Origin: a virus
Length of the DNA: 64,000 nucleotides
Virus record (IMG/VR): IMGVR_UViG_3300026484_000295
Span: 1-64,000 of that record
Strand: one strand, 5' to 3'
In this document: positions 48,921 to 59,842 of the stretch, in pieces
Layout: the number at the start of each line of letters is the position of its first letter
How positions within the stretch are numbered: position 1 is the first letter of the stretch
Program-made: the position numbers and the translations under genes
Notes under the pieces: generated by a model
Told to the model about the DNA's origin: nothing
What the model saw: only the letters and a program-made list of their open reading frames with translations
The model's database searches: none

Positions 48921-49890
48921 TATCTAATCGTTTTTGTTCTCTATTTGAATCTTTAAATGACCATTCATCATATATGTGGCTTTTCATACCACGAGACTTA
49001 ATTCTATTAATAGGCATTTCATAATATTTTTTAACTAGATGATCAATAAATTCATCAACAGCAGTCATATCATCTCCAAACCCTTCACCTTTTTGAGCCA
49101 TTTCTTCCATCACTTTTTGTTCAGTAGCTAAAAAAGAAAGCATCTCATGTTGGACAAATGATGGATTGATACCGAGTTGTTCAAGCCATTCTTGATTCGG
49201 TTCATTGATATGATGTATTTGTCTACAACTTCTTAAAGACTGATAAAAACATCTACGTAAATTATAATCAACATCTGCTTTTTCCATATCAACTTCATCC
49301 CAATTTTCCAATCCAAAAGTTTCAACAATATCATCATATGCATCTTGATACATACCTATTTCTTTAATAGCCTGTTCCACATGAACTCTACCATCAACCA
49401 TCTTAGATTTTATTTCTTCAATATCAATATCGATACGCTCTAAATCCAATTGTCTATAATCATCCGTTGGATATTTTGTACCTTCACCAACTTCTGATGC
49501 TAAAATTTCATCTCTACGTAATAATTTACGCTTTAAATCATTTTGTTGTTTTAGTAATCTAAATTGTGATTCTGATAGCGCGCCTCTTTTAGATTCTATC
49601 TGTGCATGTATTTGACGTATATTTCTTTCTGGTGTTGCTTCAGATAGAGTAAGTCCTAATGATACTAATTGAGTATTTGTTTTAGAAAACGCATTTAATC
49701 CTCTATTTATTTCTGTCATACGCTCTGCTATTTTACTCATTTTCGCATCATCAATAGTAACCATAGAAAAGTCTTCTGACCCTGCTCTTGTTGTTATTGT
49801 ATGAAATTCAGAACTTGTAAATTTTTCTAATAGATTATTTTCAGATGTTGTAAGATTTGAAGTAGTATCTTTTTTTATAATATCACTCAT
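48907..49890 (-). CDS. Coiled-coil protein downstream of the fibre cluster
   Basis: 327 aa; TP.R..RQ..A.IE.K..AL heptads. Confidence 0.7.
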   Translation of the reverse strand: MSDIIKKDTTSNLTTSENNLLEKFTSSEFHTITTRAGSEDFSMVTIDDAKMSKIAERMTEINRGLNAFSKTNTQLVSLGLTLSEATPERNIRQIHAQIESKRGALSESQFRLLKQQNDLKRKLLRRDEILASEVGEGTKYPTDDYRQLDLERIDIDIEEIKSKMVDGRVHVEQAIKEIGMYQDAYDDIVETFGLENWDEVDMEKADVDYNLRRCFYQSLRSCRQIHHINEPNQEWLEQLGINPSFVQHEMLSFLATEQKVMEEMAQKGEGFGDDMTAVDEFIDHLVKKYYEMPINRIKSRGMKSHIYDEWSFKDSNREQKRLDSEKN

Positions 49891-49979
49891 TTATTCCTTT
49901 CCTTTTATTTAATTTTTATTATATTTTACAAAAAAATAAAAGGAAAGTACTAGGAGAGAAAAGATAAATTTAAAGAGTA

Positions 49980-50699
49980 TTAATTGCCTCTTTGACTATC
50001 ATATTTATAAGTGTCTTTAACGAGTTTATTAATTTTTTCTTCTCTTTCTATAATTTCATTAATTTTTTCAATTCCATTTGAAAGATCGGCTCTCATTTTG
50101 GTTTCATCAGATAAAAGTTTTGACGATAATTTATCCATTTTATCTTTATATGGCTTTATAAGTTTTTTTGACTCATCACGTAAATTCCATTCATTTGCTA
50201 AATAATATAAAACGGTTTGAGCTACAACTTTACTATCCGCTAAATCATCTTCAACATCAATTATATTTCCACGAATATTATTTCTTAGTACAGATTTAGC
50301 ACTTATTTTTTTAATTGTTTTATAAGCTTCTTTATATGGTTTTACGTCTTCACTTGTAAAGTTTTTTTGAGAACGATCATCCGCATCATCCGGTGATACT
50401 ATTGGTGTCCCGTCTTCATTTACTTGTCCAGGATTATTTTCAATACGTAATTTATCACCTGTTCCACCAATTTCAAATGCTGGAGCATTGTATGCACCTT
50501 CTTCTCTTGGTCCATTTATAGCTTCTATAAAGTTATCGTCAACTGGTTGTATATTAAATTCCTGTACTGATGAAATCATATCATCTGGAAGTTCTACGAC
50601 GTTCCACCCAGATATATCTCCACCAAGTGCAATATTATCACCTTGTGGAGTAGTACCACCTATCGTTTCAATATTATTTGTTTTAAATATTCCTACCAT
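49980..50699 (-). CDS. Fibre partner or chaperone, paralogue 3
   Basis: GG..P.G..I...GW and D.EDDL.D.K shared with 52346 and 55049. Confidence 0.6.
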   Translation of the reverse strand: MVGIFKTNNIETIGGTTPQGDNIALGGDISGWNVVELPDDMISSVQEFNIQPVDDNFIEAINGPREEGAYNAPAFEIGGTGDKLRIENNPGQVNEDGTPIVSPDDADDRSQKNFTSEDVKPYKEAYKTIKKISAKSVLRNNIRGNIIDVEDDLADSKVVAQTVLYYLANEWNLRDESKKLIKPYKDKMDKLSSKLLSDETKMRADLSNGIEKINEIIEREEKINKLVKDTYKYDSQRGN

Positions 50700-50710
50700 T
50701 ATATTTCCTC

Positions 50711-52330
50711 CTAGTTACCTGAATTAGCATCAAAATGATGTAAATGATATGACATATTACCAAAATAAGATGCATTTTGAGGTGTAGATGTATTATATTT
50801 TCTAATTTGTCTCCAACCACACCATCCATATCCCCATCCACCAGCAACAGTTATAGACGTTCCGTTACCCGATGAAGCCGAATGTGAAAAATAGTTTCCT
50901 GTATTTCCAAAATATGATGAATTACTAGGACTAGCAATGGTAATAACTTCAATTGAACCTTTTGGATTCCACCAACCGCCAAAGATAAAGCCTTTGATAC
51001 CATCAGTATTACCAACGTTACACCATCTGTGCCATCTTAAGCCACCAAAATAAGTTCCGTTTGATGGTGTTGAAATAGTGATATAATCCATATCTTTTGA
51101 TACACCCCACCACCACCAATGTTGTCTTCCACCGGCATTAACACCTTTAGTTCCATCAGTAATATGTGTTTGAGACCATTTTCTACCTCTATATGCCGTA
51201 CCAAAATTCTTTGAATTTGAAGGAGTAGTAATTGTTACATATTCAATATCTGATCTAGCAGACCACCAACTATTCCATCCTCCTGAAAATACACCTCTTA
51301 CACCGTCCGATACACCTTGAGCACCAACAGCTCTCCAAGTAGCATTTCCAAAATATTGTCCATTACCAGGTGTAGCAAATGTAACGTATTCATAAGTAGA
51401 AGACCATTGGTGACCCGGCCAACCACCTGTATGCCACAACCCTCTATTTCCACCAGTTACACCAATCGGTGAAAGAGTCATTTGTCTCGGAGCCCCAAAA
51501 AATTTAGCATTCATAGGAGTACTTATCTGCACATAAGTATATTCATTAGGACCTTGACCACATTTCCATCCTCTAGACATAACCATTCTATCACCTTGGA
51601 AACCCTTAACAATACGTCCTAATTTTACAGCATTATTAACATCATATACTAATTGTCCAAATTTTGCATTTGAACTATCAAATTTACCAATACTACGTTT
51701 AACAACGGCAGTACCCGTAGATTTATTCAATATAATAACACCTGTTGGTATTTTTGAAACATCATCCTCATTAGAATTAACCGTATAGATAAATGAATCT
51801 TTAGTAATATGATATTTCCCTCTATCACCAAGATAAATAGATCGATCTCTAATATAAAGTGTTTTGAATCTTAATGAAAACGAACCAAGATCAAACATTT
51901 CATTTCTTGATGGTGTGATATTACCAGAAGTTGAAAATTTTTCTTCAACTGTTAGTGCACCACTAATTGTACCACCAGATTTATCAAATTTATCATCTAA
52001 ATTTACATACCCTAGTACCCAATCTTTGATTTCTTGAATACTCTTTCCACCTATTTTACTGACATTAAAACCCCAGTCAGTACCATTAAATAGTTTCAAT
52101 GTATTCGTTGACGTATCAAACCACATTTGACCAGGTAATGAATTTTCAGGTTCATCTTCACTTGCTAAATTTTCAAGTATCTTAATAAAATTTTGGTTTA
52201 AATCTTCAATATATGATTCCGCACCCCTACCTATTAATGCAGTTGATACGACATCTTTTAAGATTTCTTTTGAACTAATATCAGCTATTACTTCATTTTG
52301 AGTATTCTTAACTGTAATTACCGTTGTCAT
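50711..52330 (-). CDS. Tail fibre / receptor-binding protein with propeller-like repeats, paralogue 3
   Basis: LENLA...P....GQMW N-terminus; repeats EY.TI.TP.N...FG. Confidence 0.75.
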   Translation of the reverse strand: MTTVITVKNTQNEVIADISSKEILKDVVSTALIGRGAESYIEDLNQNFIKILENLASEDEPENSLPGQMWFDTSTNTLKLFNGTDWGFNVSKIGGKSIQEIKDWVLGYVNLDDKFDKSGGTISGALTVEEKFSTSGNITPSRNEMFDLGSFSLRFKTLYIRDRSIYLGDRGKYHITKDSFIYTVNSNEDDVSKIPTGVIILNKSTGTAVVKRSIGKFDSSNAKFGQLVYDVNNAVKLGRIVKGFQGDRMVMSRGWKCGQGPNEYTYVQISTPMNAKFFGAPRQMTLSPIGVTGGNRGLWHTGGWPGHQWSSTYEYVTFATPGNGQYFGNATWRAVGAQGVSDGVRGVFSGGWNSWWSARSDIEYVTITTPSNSKNFGTAYRGRKWSQTHITDGTKGVNAGGRQHWWWWGVSKDMDYITISTPSNGTYFGGLRWHRWCNVGNTDGIKGFIFGGWWNPKGSIEVITIASPSNSSYFGNTGNYFSHSASSGNGTSITVAGGWGYGWCGWRQIRKYNTSTPQNASYFGNMSYHLHHFDANSGN

Positions 52331-52345
52331 TTTTTCTCCTCTCCC

Positions 52346-52951
52346 TTATAGTTTCTTAGTTAAATAATAGTTATCTACTATTTTAGCTATTTCTACTTCT
52401 AAGTCTACAATTTCTTCTATTTTTTCTAAATCATTCTCAATAGTTGATAATGATTTTATACTACTTGAAATAGCTTCTTGAATTGAAGGAAAAATATCTT
52501 TGAACTTACTTTTAGATTTTTCATTCTCATCTTTATCATTCCAATCATCAACTGCAAATACCATTAAAGATTGAACTAATTTTTTAAGATCCACTAAATC
52601 ATCTTCAACGTCTTTCATTTCCCGTACTTTTGCACGAGTTACAAGTTTCAATTTAATATTATTTATAAAGGATTTTGCAACTTCCATATCACTTTTATCT
52701 TTTTCAGATAAATTAAAATTTGTAGATTCTGGAGCACCGTCATCTTCTTCTACTTGCGTTGATAGCAATTTTAAACCATTCGCTATAATAGCATCAACAG
52801 CAATAAAATCAAATTCATTATAATTATGAATTTTCTCCATTGGACAATCTGCTAAATTCCAACCTTCATAATATGCTAACCCTATTTCAATTCCCTGAGG
52901 GTGAACTCCACCAACTCCAGGGATAATATTTTCTTTATATATCACATACAT
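52346..52951 (-). CDS. Fibre partner or chaperone, paralogue 2
   Basis: IYKENIIPGVGGVHPQGIEIG; KDVEDDLVDLK. Confidence 0.6.
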   Translation of the reverse strand: MYVIYKENIIPGVGGVHPQGIEIGLAYYEGWNLADCPMEKIHNYNEFDFIAVDAIIANGLKLLSTQVEEDDGAPESTNFNLSEKDKSDMEVAKSFINNIKLKLVTRAKVREMKDVEDDLVDLKKLVQSLMVFAVDDWNDKDENEKSKSKFKDIFPSIQEAISSSIKSLSTIENDLEKIEEIVDLEVEIAKIVDNYYLTKKL

Positions 52952-52962
52952 CTTATATCTCC

Positions 52963-55035
52963 TTAATTACCCGAAAATGCTGCTGGGTATCTTAACCCGA
53001 TTGTAGCATTGCCAAATTTTGTTGCAGTACCACCATTAGCATACGAAATACTGTCTAGTGTTCTAGAATAACTACTACCACCTGCTGCTACCATTATAGA
53101 ATCATTTGAAACTGGTGTTGTTGAGTGTCTAGAATATGTTAAGTTACCAAATTGACTAGAATTACTAGGTGTTGCCAATGTTAATTTTTCTATACTATTC
53201 AAGTTGCTACCATTATAATGACCTCCGGCCCATAGACCATGAATACCATTAGATGATGCACCAGTCCAACCTCTACTTTGTTGCATTTTACCAAAAATAA
53301 TTGCATTTGATGGAGTTGATAAACTTACATATCTAAATTCCTGATTCGACCATCCATTAACACCTCTATCAAAAATTGCTTTTGTACCATCCGATACAGC
53401 CGCATTCCAATATGATGATGTTCCTAAATTTCCGTATTGTACAGCGTTCATTGGTGTTGCAAAGAGTACATAATTAGAAATCGTTTGATTGTATCGCCCA
53501 CCAAATATAACAGCTCTGTTACCGTCTGATGCAGCTTCAGCTCTCCAACCACCATAAAATCTTCCAAAATTCACAGCATTCATTGGTGTGGCAATCGTAA
53601 CATATTGAATACCCGTATAATTATGTTGGTGAAACGATAATCCTCTTGTTGAATCTGAAGCTCCTGCTGAATGACCTCCGGTTCTACATGTACCGAAATT
53701 TACGGCATTAGCTGGCGTAGGAATATTTATTTTTTGGATAATACCATGGTTCCATGAACCCATAAAAATACCTATATCACCTTTAAAACTATAATTATTT
53801 CCACCTATTACTGAACCATATTTTGAATCTTGTGATAAGGTTCTGAAAGTGCCGTTTGATGTACTAGCTTTAAAATTTGATTTTTTAACTATAGCTTCCC
53901 CTGTAGCTCTATTAAGTATTAATGAACCTGCTGGAACATTTGTAACAGAATCTGTTTCTTTTTCAACAGTATAAACAAATGAATTTTTATTAAATTCTTT
54001 ACCCACACCCATATAAATTGATGCATTTTCTGATAAGTGTAATGATCTATATCTTTTTGAAGGAGAACCTAAATCTTGAATTTCATTACCTGTCGGTATA
54101 ATATCCTTAGCTGGATGTAATGTATTGGATAATACTATTGAACCATTAATAGTTCCACCTGTTCGATCATATTTAACAGATAAATCAACACCTGATAGTA
54201 TATAACTTCTAAGTGATGTTAAATCTTTTCCATCTAAAGTTTCTGCTGATAAACTCCATGTATCGCCATCCCAAACTAATAAATTTGAATTAGGCATAGG
54301 ATTGCCATTTGAATTCGTTAAAGAGGTTAATGCTGTATGAGGACCCATACCTTCCGATGGAACTAATGATTCAAATGCTACTTGTGCATATGCATGTTTC
54401 TTTTCATCATAACCCTTTAAATCTTCTGATATAATACCAAATTTACCAGTACCAATCGCAGCATATGGATAACGCCAGTTCCTTTTCACTTTATGCCATG
54501 CTTTAGATTTTAATAAATCCATTCGTTTATTTAAATCCTTATTAGTGCCAATTGCATCGTATGAAACCATTATAAACATATCGTTTTCAGCAATAGTTCC
54601 AAGTTTTCTAGCCAACTGTGTTCTAGCCGCATTTGAACCATATGTATCATAATACCCAATAGATTTAACTTTTGTTCTAAAATTGGAATCAAAGATAACT
54701 AATGCTATACCTCTTCGATTTTTAATTCTAATCCCAGTATTACCTGCAAATTGTATATATCTACTAGCATTATAATTTAATCCTGTACCTCGTACATTAA
54801 TAATATTAGAGCCCTTTTTAGAATACCATAACTGACCAACAACAGGATTAGTAGGAGCTTTTTTTGAGGCAAAGTTTTCCAATAAAGCATAGAAGTTTTC
54901 ATTAACTTCTTTTAAATATGTTTCTGTACCCTTACCAAAAAGATTTATAGGTGTTGTTGAACTATCAATCGTTCCATCATTTATAGATGCAACAACCTTA
55001 TTTGATGTGTTTCGTATTTCAATATTTCCAGCCAT
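52963..55035 (-). CDS. Tail fibre / receptor-binding protein, paralogue 2, with inserted ILEI (GG-type lectin)-like domain
   Basis: LLENFA...GQLW; RGIALVIFD...YDTY...VSYDA...RYPYAAIG insert; TP.NA..FG repeats. Confidence 0.75.
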   Translation of the reverse strand: MAGNIEIRNTSNKVVASINDGTIDSSTTPINLFGKGTETYLKEVNENFYALLENFASKKAPTNPVVGQLWYSKKGSNIINVRGTGLNYNASRYIQFAGNTGIRIKNRRGIALVIFDSNFRTKVKSIGYYDTYGSNAARTQLARKLGTIAENDMFIMVSYDAIGTNKDLNKRMDLLKSKAWHKVKRNWRYPYAAIGTGKFGIISEDLKGYDEKKHAYAQVAFESLVPSEGMGPHTALTSLTNSNGNPMPNSNLLVWDGDTWSLSAETLDGKDLTSLRSYILSGVDLSVKYDRTGGTINGSIVLSNTLHPAKDIIPTGNEIQDLGSPSKRYRSLHLSENASIYMGVGKEFNKNSFVYTVEKETDSVTNVPAGSLILNRATGEAIVKKSNFKASTSNGTFRTLSQDSKYGSVIGGNNYSFKGDIGIFMGSWNHGIIQKINIPTPANAVNFGTCRTGGHSAGASDSTRGLSFHQHNYTGIQYVTIATPMNAVNFGRFYGGWRAEAASDGNRAVIFGGRYNQTISNYVLFATPMNAVQYGNLGTSSYWNAAVSDGTKAIFDRGVNGWSNQEFRYVSLSTPSNAIIFGKMQQSRGWTGASSNGIHGLWAGGHYNGSNLNSIEKLTLATPSNSSQFGNLTYSRHSTTPVSNDSIMVAAGGSSYSRTLDSISYANGGTATKFGNATIGLRYPAAFSGN

Positions 55036-55048
55036 TTTTTACTCCTTC

Positions 55049-55696
55049 CTAACCTATCTTTTTTATCTTTTCAATATAATTAGATTTAACAATTCTTGAA
55101 ATAAATGTTTCATCTTTTATGATTTTTGGTATTTTATTTAAAAATTTAGTATCATTTACTCTAATATCTTTTTCATTTATCGTTGATACTAAACTGTCCA
55201 TCAACTCTTTCATAGGAAAATTAGCTTTTTCAGATTCTGATTTCATTTCATAATCTTCTAAGATATATCTCAATAAAAATTCTATTAAAAGTTTAGTATC
55301 CGATAAATCATCCTCAAAATCTTTAAATTGTCTTATCTTAGAACGTGTTATAAATTTTAATTCTAATTTATCTATATATTCTTTAGATAATGAGATTAAT
55401 TTTAATTCTTCTTCGCTTGAACCGAATTGTTCATTTTCTAAAGCTATTTCATTTGGCATGATATCCATATCTTCCTGTATAGGCTGATATGTTTCATTAT
55501 TCAACATCATACCTACGGCTATTGATTTAGGGATAGGATATAGTTTAAATTCTGAATATTTATCAAATTCTTCTTCAACCATAGCACATAATTTCCACCC
55601 ATTATATTCAGCCATACCTATTTCTATACCATCAGGATTAACTCCACCAACTAAAGGTATAACATTTTCTTTATATATTGCATATATTATATTCAT
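55049..55696 (-). CDS. Fibre partner or chaperone, paralogue 1
   Basis: IYKENVIPLVGGVNPDGIEIG; KDFEDDLSDTK. Confidence 0.6.
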   Translation of the reverse strand: MNIIYAIYKENVIPLVGGVNPDGIEIGMAEYNGWKLCAMVEEEFDKYSEFKLYPIPKSIAVGMMLNNETYQPIQEDMDIMPNEIALENEQFGSSEEELKLISLSKEYIDKLELKFITRSKIRQFKDFEDDLSDTKLLIEFLLRYILEDYEMKSESEKANFPMKELMDSLVSTINEKDIRVNDTKFLNKIPKIIKDETFISRIVKSNYIEKIKKIG

Positions 55697-55709
55697 AATT
55701 TTAATCTCC

Positions 55710-57350
55710 TTAATTTCCTGAAGCGCCAGAAGGTCTAGACCCTCTTCGCATCGTCATATTTCCAAAATTAATAGAATTCATAGGTGTTTGGATAGTTACT
55801 GATTCCATAGTATTATCCCACCATGTTGCTGCAGATACACCAGTTATACCATTTGATAAACCTATTCCCGCACTATTTCTACTTCTTCTAGTTCTTCCAA
55901 AATCAATACCATTACTAGGAGTAGCTATGGTAATATATTCAATATAATTATTAGTCCAATTACCATCCCATCCACCAAAATATAGGCCTTTAATAGTATC
56001 TGTTAGTGCTGATCCAGCTGGTCCTCTATGTCTTCTAGTACTACCAAAATAAATTGAATTTTTTAAAGTTTGAATAGTAATGTATTCTAATCTACTAGAC
56101 CATCCTCTTCTTGAATAACCACCAAATACTCCTCTTGTTCCAGAAGATACTGCCGATCCCCAATATCCTTGTTTAATAGTTCCAAATTTAGATGAATTAC
56201 CAGGTGTTTCTATTGTAATATAGGTTGCGATATAATGGTGTCCTCTAGGACCTGGTGTTCGAGCATTATAACCTGGACCAATGATACCCTTTGTCCCATC
56301 CGATACTGATGATGATCCATAATTCTCATAACCGATAGTTCCAAAATATGTAGCATTACTAGGAGAAGCAAAAGTAACATAGTCCATTTTTCCATTATGT
56401 GACCCATGCGAACCATTCCAACCACCTTGGAAAACTCCTCTTATTCCACTAGACATACCTGCACCCATATGACTTCTACCATATGTTAGATTTCCAAATG
56501 ATTGACCATTACCAGGTGTAGAGATAGTTATTTTTTCAATTGATGCATTACGATGACCACCAACAGAACCCCAACCTCCGGCTATCAATCCAATATCACC
56601 TAAAAATCTAAATTTATTCCCACCTATAACAGCTGAGTTTTGTTTATCATCAGCTAGTTTTCTAAATGTTTTATTATTAGCACCAAAAATACCAGTTGAT
56701 TTCTTAATAATAGCTTCACCTGTTTCCTGATGTAAAATAATTGCTCCTACTGGAAATTTTGACACATCAGAATTATCATTTTCAACAACATATACGAAGT
56801 TATTAGATTTAAACTTTAAACCTTTAGACTTATCACCTAACGTAATACCATCTTCTTTTAAATAAATATTTCTAAATCTATTATTTTTTCCACCAAGATT
56901 TGATTGTTCTGTTACAACGGGTAAAATTGATTTTTGAATTTGTACTGCTCCTGAAATATCTACTTCACCAGTAATAGTACCGCCAGTTTTAGATAATTTT
57001 CCAGTTGTATCCAATCCGGATAAAACATACTCACGCACACCGTCTAGTGTTTTTCCACCAATTTTATCGGCATTTGAAAGCCACTCAGAATTAGTTCTGT
57101 AATTAATTCTGTTATTAGCTTTGTCATACCATATCTGTCCTTCAACAGCTCCATCATTAGTAGATGCTTGAGGTGGTGTACTTTCACCTGCAAAATTTTC
57201 TAATAATTTAACAAAGTTGTCATTTATATCACCAATAAAATTTTCTACATTTTCACCAATTAGTGATGTTTCAAATGTTGAATTTATAGTATTTTCGGCA
57301 ATAGTGGCAATTTCTTGATTTTCAGTATTATATACTTTAATTTCAGCCAT
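55710..57350 (-). CDS. Tail fibre / receptor-binding protein with propeller-like repeats, paralogue 1
   Basis: LLENFAG...GQIWYD; EYITI.TP.N..FG repeats; TATAAATA upstream. Confidence 0.75.
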   Translation of the reverse strand: MAEIKVYNTENQEIATIAENTINSTFETSLIGENVENFIGDINDNFVKLLENFAGESTPPQASTNDGAVEGQIWYDKANNRINYRTNSEWLSNADKIGGKTLDGVREYVLSGLDTTGKLSKTGGTITGEVDISGAVQIQKSILPVVTEQSNLGGKNNRFRNIYLKEDGITLGDKSKGLKFKSNNFVYVVENDNSDVSKFPVGAIILHQETGEAIIKKSTGIFGANNKTFRKLADDKQNSAVIGGNKFRFLGDIGLIAGGWGSVGGHRNASIEKITISTPGNGQSFGNLTYGRSHMGAGMSSGIRGVFQGGWNGSHGSHNGKMDYVTFASPSNATYFGTIGYENYGSSSVSDGTKGIIGPGYNARTPGPRGHHYIATYITIETPGNSSKFGTIKQGYWGSAVSSGTRGVFGGYSRRGWSSRLEYITIQTLKNSIYFGSTRRHRGPAGSALTDTIKGLYFGGWDGNWTNNYIEYITIATPSNGIDFGRTRRSRNSAGIGLSNGITGVSAATWWDNTMESVTIQTPMNSINFGNMTMRRGSRPSGASGN

Positions 57351-57450
57351 TATACTTTCTCCTTAAACTTATAAGTTACTCCAATTTTTAATTATTTATA
57401 CTCTTTAAAACCTTTTTTGTAAAATAAAAATAATTCAATTTAAATAAGAG

Positions 57451-58596
57451 GTGAAAATGAAAAATTTAATATTAGATTTCGCAAATCTAACTGCTATCAC
57501 TCGTTTTGGTGCTATGTCAAAAGACTCTTCAACACTAATGATGAGTGATGAAGAATGGATAAATTATTTCTTAGATACTATGCTGGTTAGTATCGCAAAC
57601 TATGTAAACGTATTAAAAGCAGATAGAGTCATACTGACATTAGAAAGTAGATCATGGAGAAAAACATACTATCCACTTTATAAAGCTAATAGAGATGCAG
57701 GAAAAGAGGCCGATGATAAATTAGACTTGTTTTATGAAGCTGTAAATAAAGCTGCAGATTTTATGAAAGATTTTACAAATGCTATCGTTTTACGAGCTGA
57801 TGAAGCAGAGGGAGATGATATAATTGCCGTTCTAGCTCAAAAATTTTCTACTGAAGGTGATACCACCATAATAGTTTCTACCGATGGAGATTTTAAACAA
57901 TTACTAAGATATAAAGGGGTTAAAATTTTTAACCCTATTAAAAAAATATATGTATCTGGTGGATATTCACATTTAGATTATATTACTAAATTAGTTAAAG
58001 GTGATGCAGGAGACAATGTTCCATCATCGTATCCCCGTATTAAAAAAGATATTTTAGAATCTATTGCTACAGATGAATCCCGCTTAGAAAGTGAATTTGA
58101 TAAAGTAGATAAAATGATTGAGAGACAAAGATATTACATAAGTAACTTTTTAGAAATTGACAATATTCCAGATGATTTAACTGAAGAAGAATGGTCTGAA
58201 GTACTATCAATAGCTAGAGAAAAAAAAGATAAAATAAAAGATGATGTTAAATTAGCAAAAAAAGAAAATAATTTTAAAGACGATGAAAAATTACAAATGA
58301 AAGATAAGCACCTAAAAGACATTATTAAATTGGCTAAAAAAGAGGATATAACTGAAAGTAAACTATTCAATGTTATAAATTCATTTAGGGATGGATTTAA
58401 AAGAAATGAAAAATTAATTTGTTTAAAAATAGATAATATTCCTGAACACGTAACTGATGCAATCCTCAATGAATTAAATAAAGATCATTCACAAACAAAA
58501 CAGTCAGAATTTTTAAAGTTTGTAAGGAAACATAAATTACGTGAATTTGCATTTGGTTTTGAGTGGAATACATTAAAAAATATAAAATCAGTTTAA
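57451..58596 (+). CDS. rnh: 5'-3' exonuclease / T4 RNase H-like (FEN family)
   Basis: LILD, SWRK..YP.YKANR, EAEGDDIIA, STDGDFKQL, KGDAGDNVP. Confidence 0.9.
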   Translation: MKMKNLILDFANLTAITRFGAMSKDSSTLMMSDEEWINYFLDTMLVSIANYVNVLKADRVILTLESRSWRKTYYPLYKANRDAGKEADDKLDLFYEAVNKAADFMKDFTNAIVLRADEAEGDDIIAVLAQKFSTEGDTTIIVSTDGDFKQLLRYKGVKIFNPIKKIYVSGGYSHLDYITKLVKGDAGDNVPSSYPRIKKDILESIATDESRLESEFDKVDKMIERQRYYISNFLEIDNIPDDLTEEEWSEVLSIAREKKDKIKDDVKLAKKENNFKDDEKLQMKDKHLKDIIKLAKKEDITESKLFNVINSFRDGFKRNEKLICLKIDNIPEHVTDAILNELNKDHSQTKQSEFLKFVRKHKLREFAFGFEWNTLKNIKSV

Positions 58597-58625
58597 TTTA
58601 AGTTAAAACTTTTTATAATCATTAT

Positions 58626-59564
58626 ATGAATAATCCTTTCAAAAATAAATTTGTGGTCAATCTACATCATGCTGATTTTGACGGTGCAGTATCTGGTTCA
58701 TGTGTAAAAAGCTGTTTAGGCGAAAGTGTAATCTCTAAAAGTGTAGCTATAGCAAAAGCAGAATCAGAAATAAGAAAAATTATAAATGATGTTGATGTAA
58801 TCTTATTAACAGATTTAGGTTTATATCCAGATGATAAAAATAACGACTTAATAGATAAAATTAAAGATAATAAAATAATCATTTATGACCACCATATTAA
58901 TTCAGCATCAGAAAATATGTTTGCAAACTTACCAAAAACAAGTGTAAGTGTTTTAGAAAATGATATTTGTGGTGCAACATTAACATGGATAAAGATGATA
59001 GAATATTTCCCTTCTAATTCCTTTTTATACGAATTGGAAGATATCGTTTATTTGAGCGATGTCTATGATATGTGGCGTATAGATAATAAAGACTTTGAAT
59101 ATGCTGTTAAGATTAATGATTTATTAGACTATCAGATTGGATACAACCCAGATCAGTTTAGAGATCGATGGTTAAAAAATCCGAATCCATTTAAATTAAC
59201 AAAAAAAGAACATAAAATAATCGATACAAAACAAATAAGAGGTGAAAGAAATTTAAAAGAATTAGAAGAAAATGCTATTATTTTTGAATATAAAAATATT
59301 ATAGTCGTTTTATCAGAAGCATCATCACCAACCGATTTTATAAAAATGAAATTTATGAATTATATTTTAGATGAAGAAAATGTTGATATGTTTATATTTA
59401 AATATCCCAATACGACGCAATGTTCTGTGAGAATACCATCAGCATCATCAATATCGGACTTAAATGATTGGTATAATGACTTTGGGTGTAAGGGCCATTC
59501 ACACGCTGGCGGAATACCAGTAAATGAATACCCAAAATTAGAGAAAATACTAAAAACTATTTAG
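58626..59564 (+). CDS. DHH-family phosphoesterase
   Basis: HHADFDG, TD, YDHH, CGA, D.YD.W, GHSHAGG. Confidence 0.85.
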   Translation: MNNPFKNKFVVNLHHADFDGAVSGSCVKSCLGESVISKSVAIAKAESEIRKIINDVDVILLTDLGLYPDDKNNDLIDKIKDNKIIIYDHHINSASENMFANLPKTSVSVLENDICGATLTWIKMIEYFPSNSFLYELEDIVYLSDVYDMWRIDNKDFEYAVKINDLLDYQIGYNPDQFRDRWLKNPNPFKLTKKEHKIIDTKQIRGERNLKELEENAIIFEYKNIIVVLSEASSPTDFIKMKFMNYILDEENVDMFIFKYPNTTQCSVRIPSASSISDLNDWYNDFGCKGHSHAGGIPVNEYPKLEKILKTI

Positions 59565-59790
59565 TAACTTTTTCTTTCATTAAAACTACAGCAGCTTCAA
59601 TTGCCAAGTTCAACATATGCGATGCAAAATCAATCCCAAGTTCCTTAGCTTCAGCTATAACTTTTTCTCTTTTTTGCGCTCCAGTCAATTTATCATTTAA
59701 TGCTACATTATTTACAAGATCTTTTATTTTTCCAAAAATATCTGCACCAATAATATAATTCATTACTTTATCTAATAACCATTTCCACAT
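59557..59790 (-). CDS. Putative holin (LL-H-like)
   Basis: G.QK...V......GI......L.LAIEAAV..MK pattern; late promoter upstream. Confidence 0.5.
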   Translation of the reverse strand: MWKWLLDKVMNYIIGADIFGKIKDLVNNVALNDKLTGAQKREKVIAEAKELGIDFASHMLNLAIEAAVVLMKEKVTK

Positions 59791-59805
59791 TTTTAATCTC
59801 CTTAT

Positions 59806-59839
59806 TAATGTTGGGTATAATTATTTATACCCAACATTA
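59806..59839 (-). terminator. 15-bp hairpin overlapping a TATAAATA late promoter
   Basis: TAATGTTGGGTATAA / TTATACCCAACATTA. Confidence 0.6.
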
Positions 59840-59842
59840 TAT

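Noticed and set aside
49980-57350. Diversity-generating retroelement or shufflon acting on the fibre genes
   Set aside because: No reverse transcriptase, invertase or near-identical template/variable repeat pair seen; the paralogues are diverged throughout
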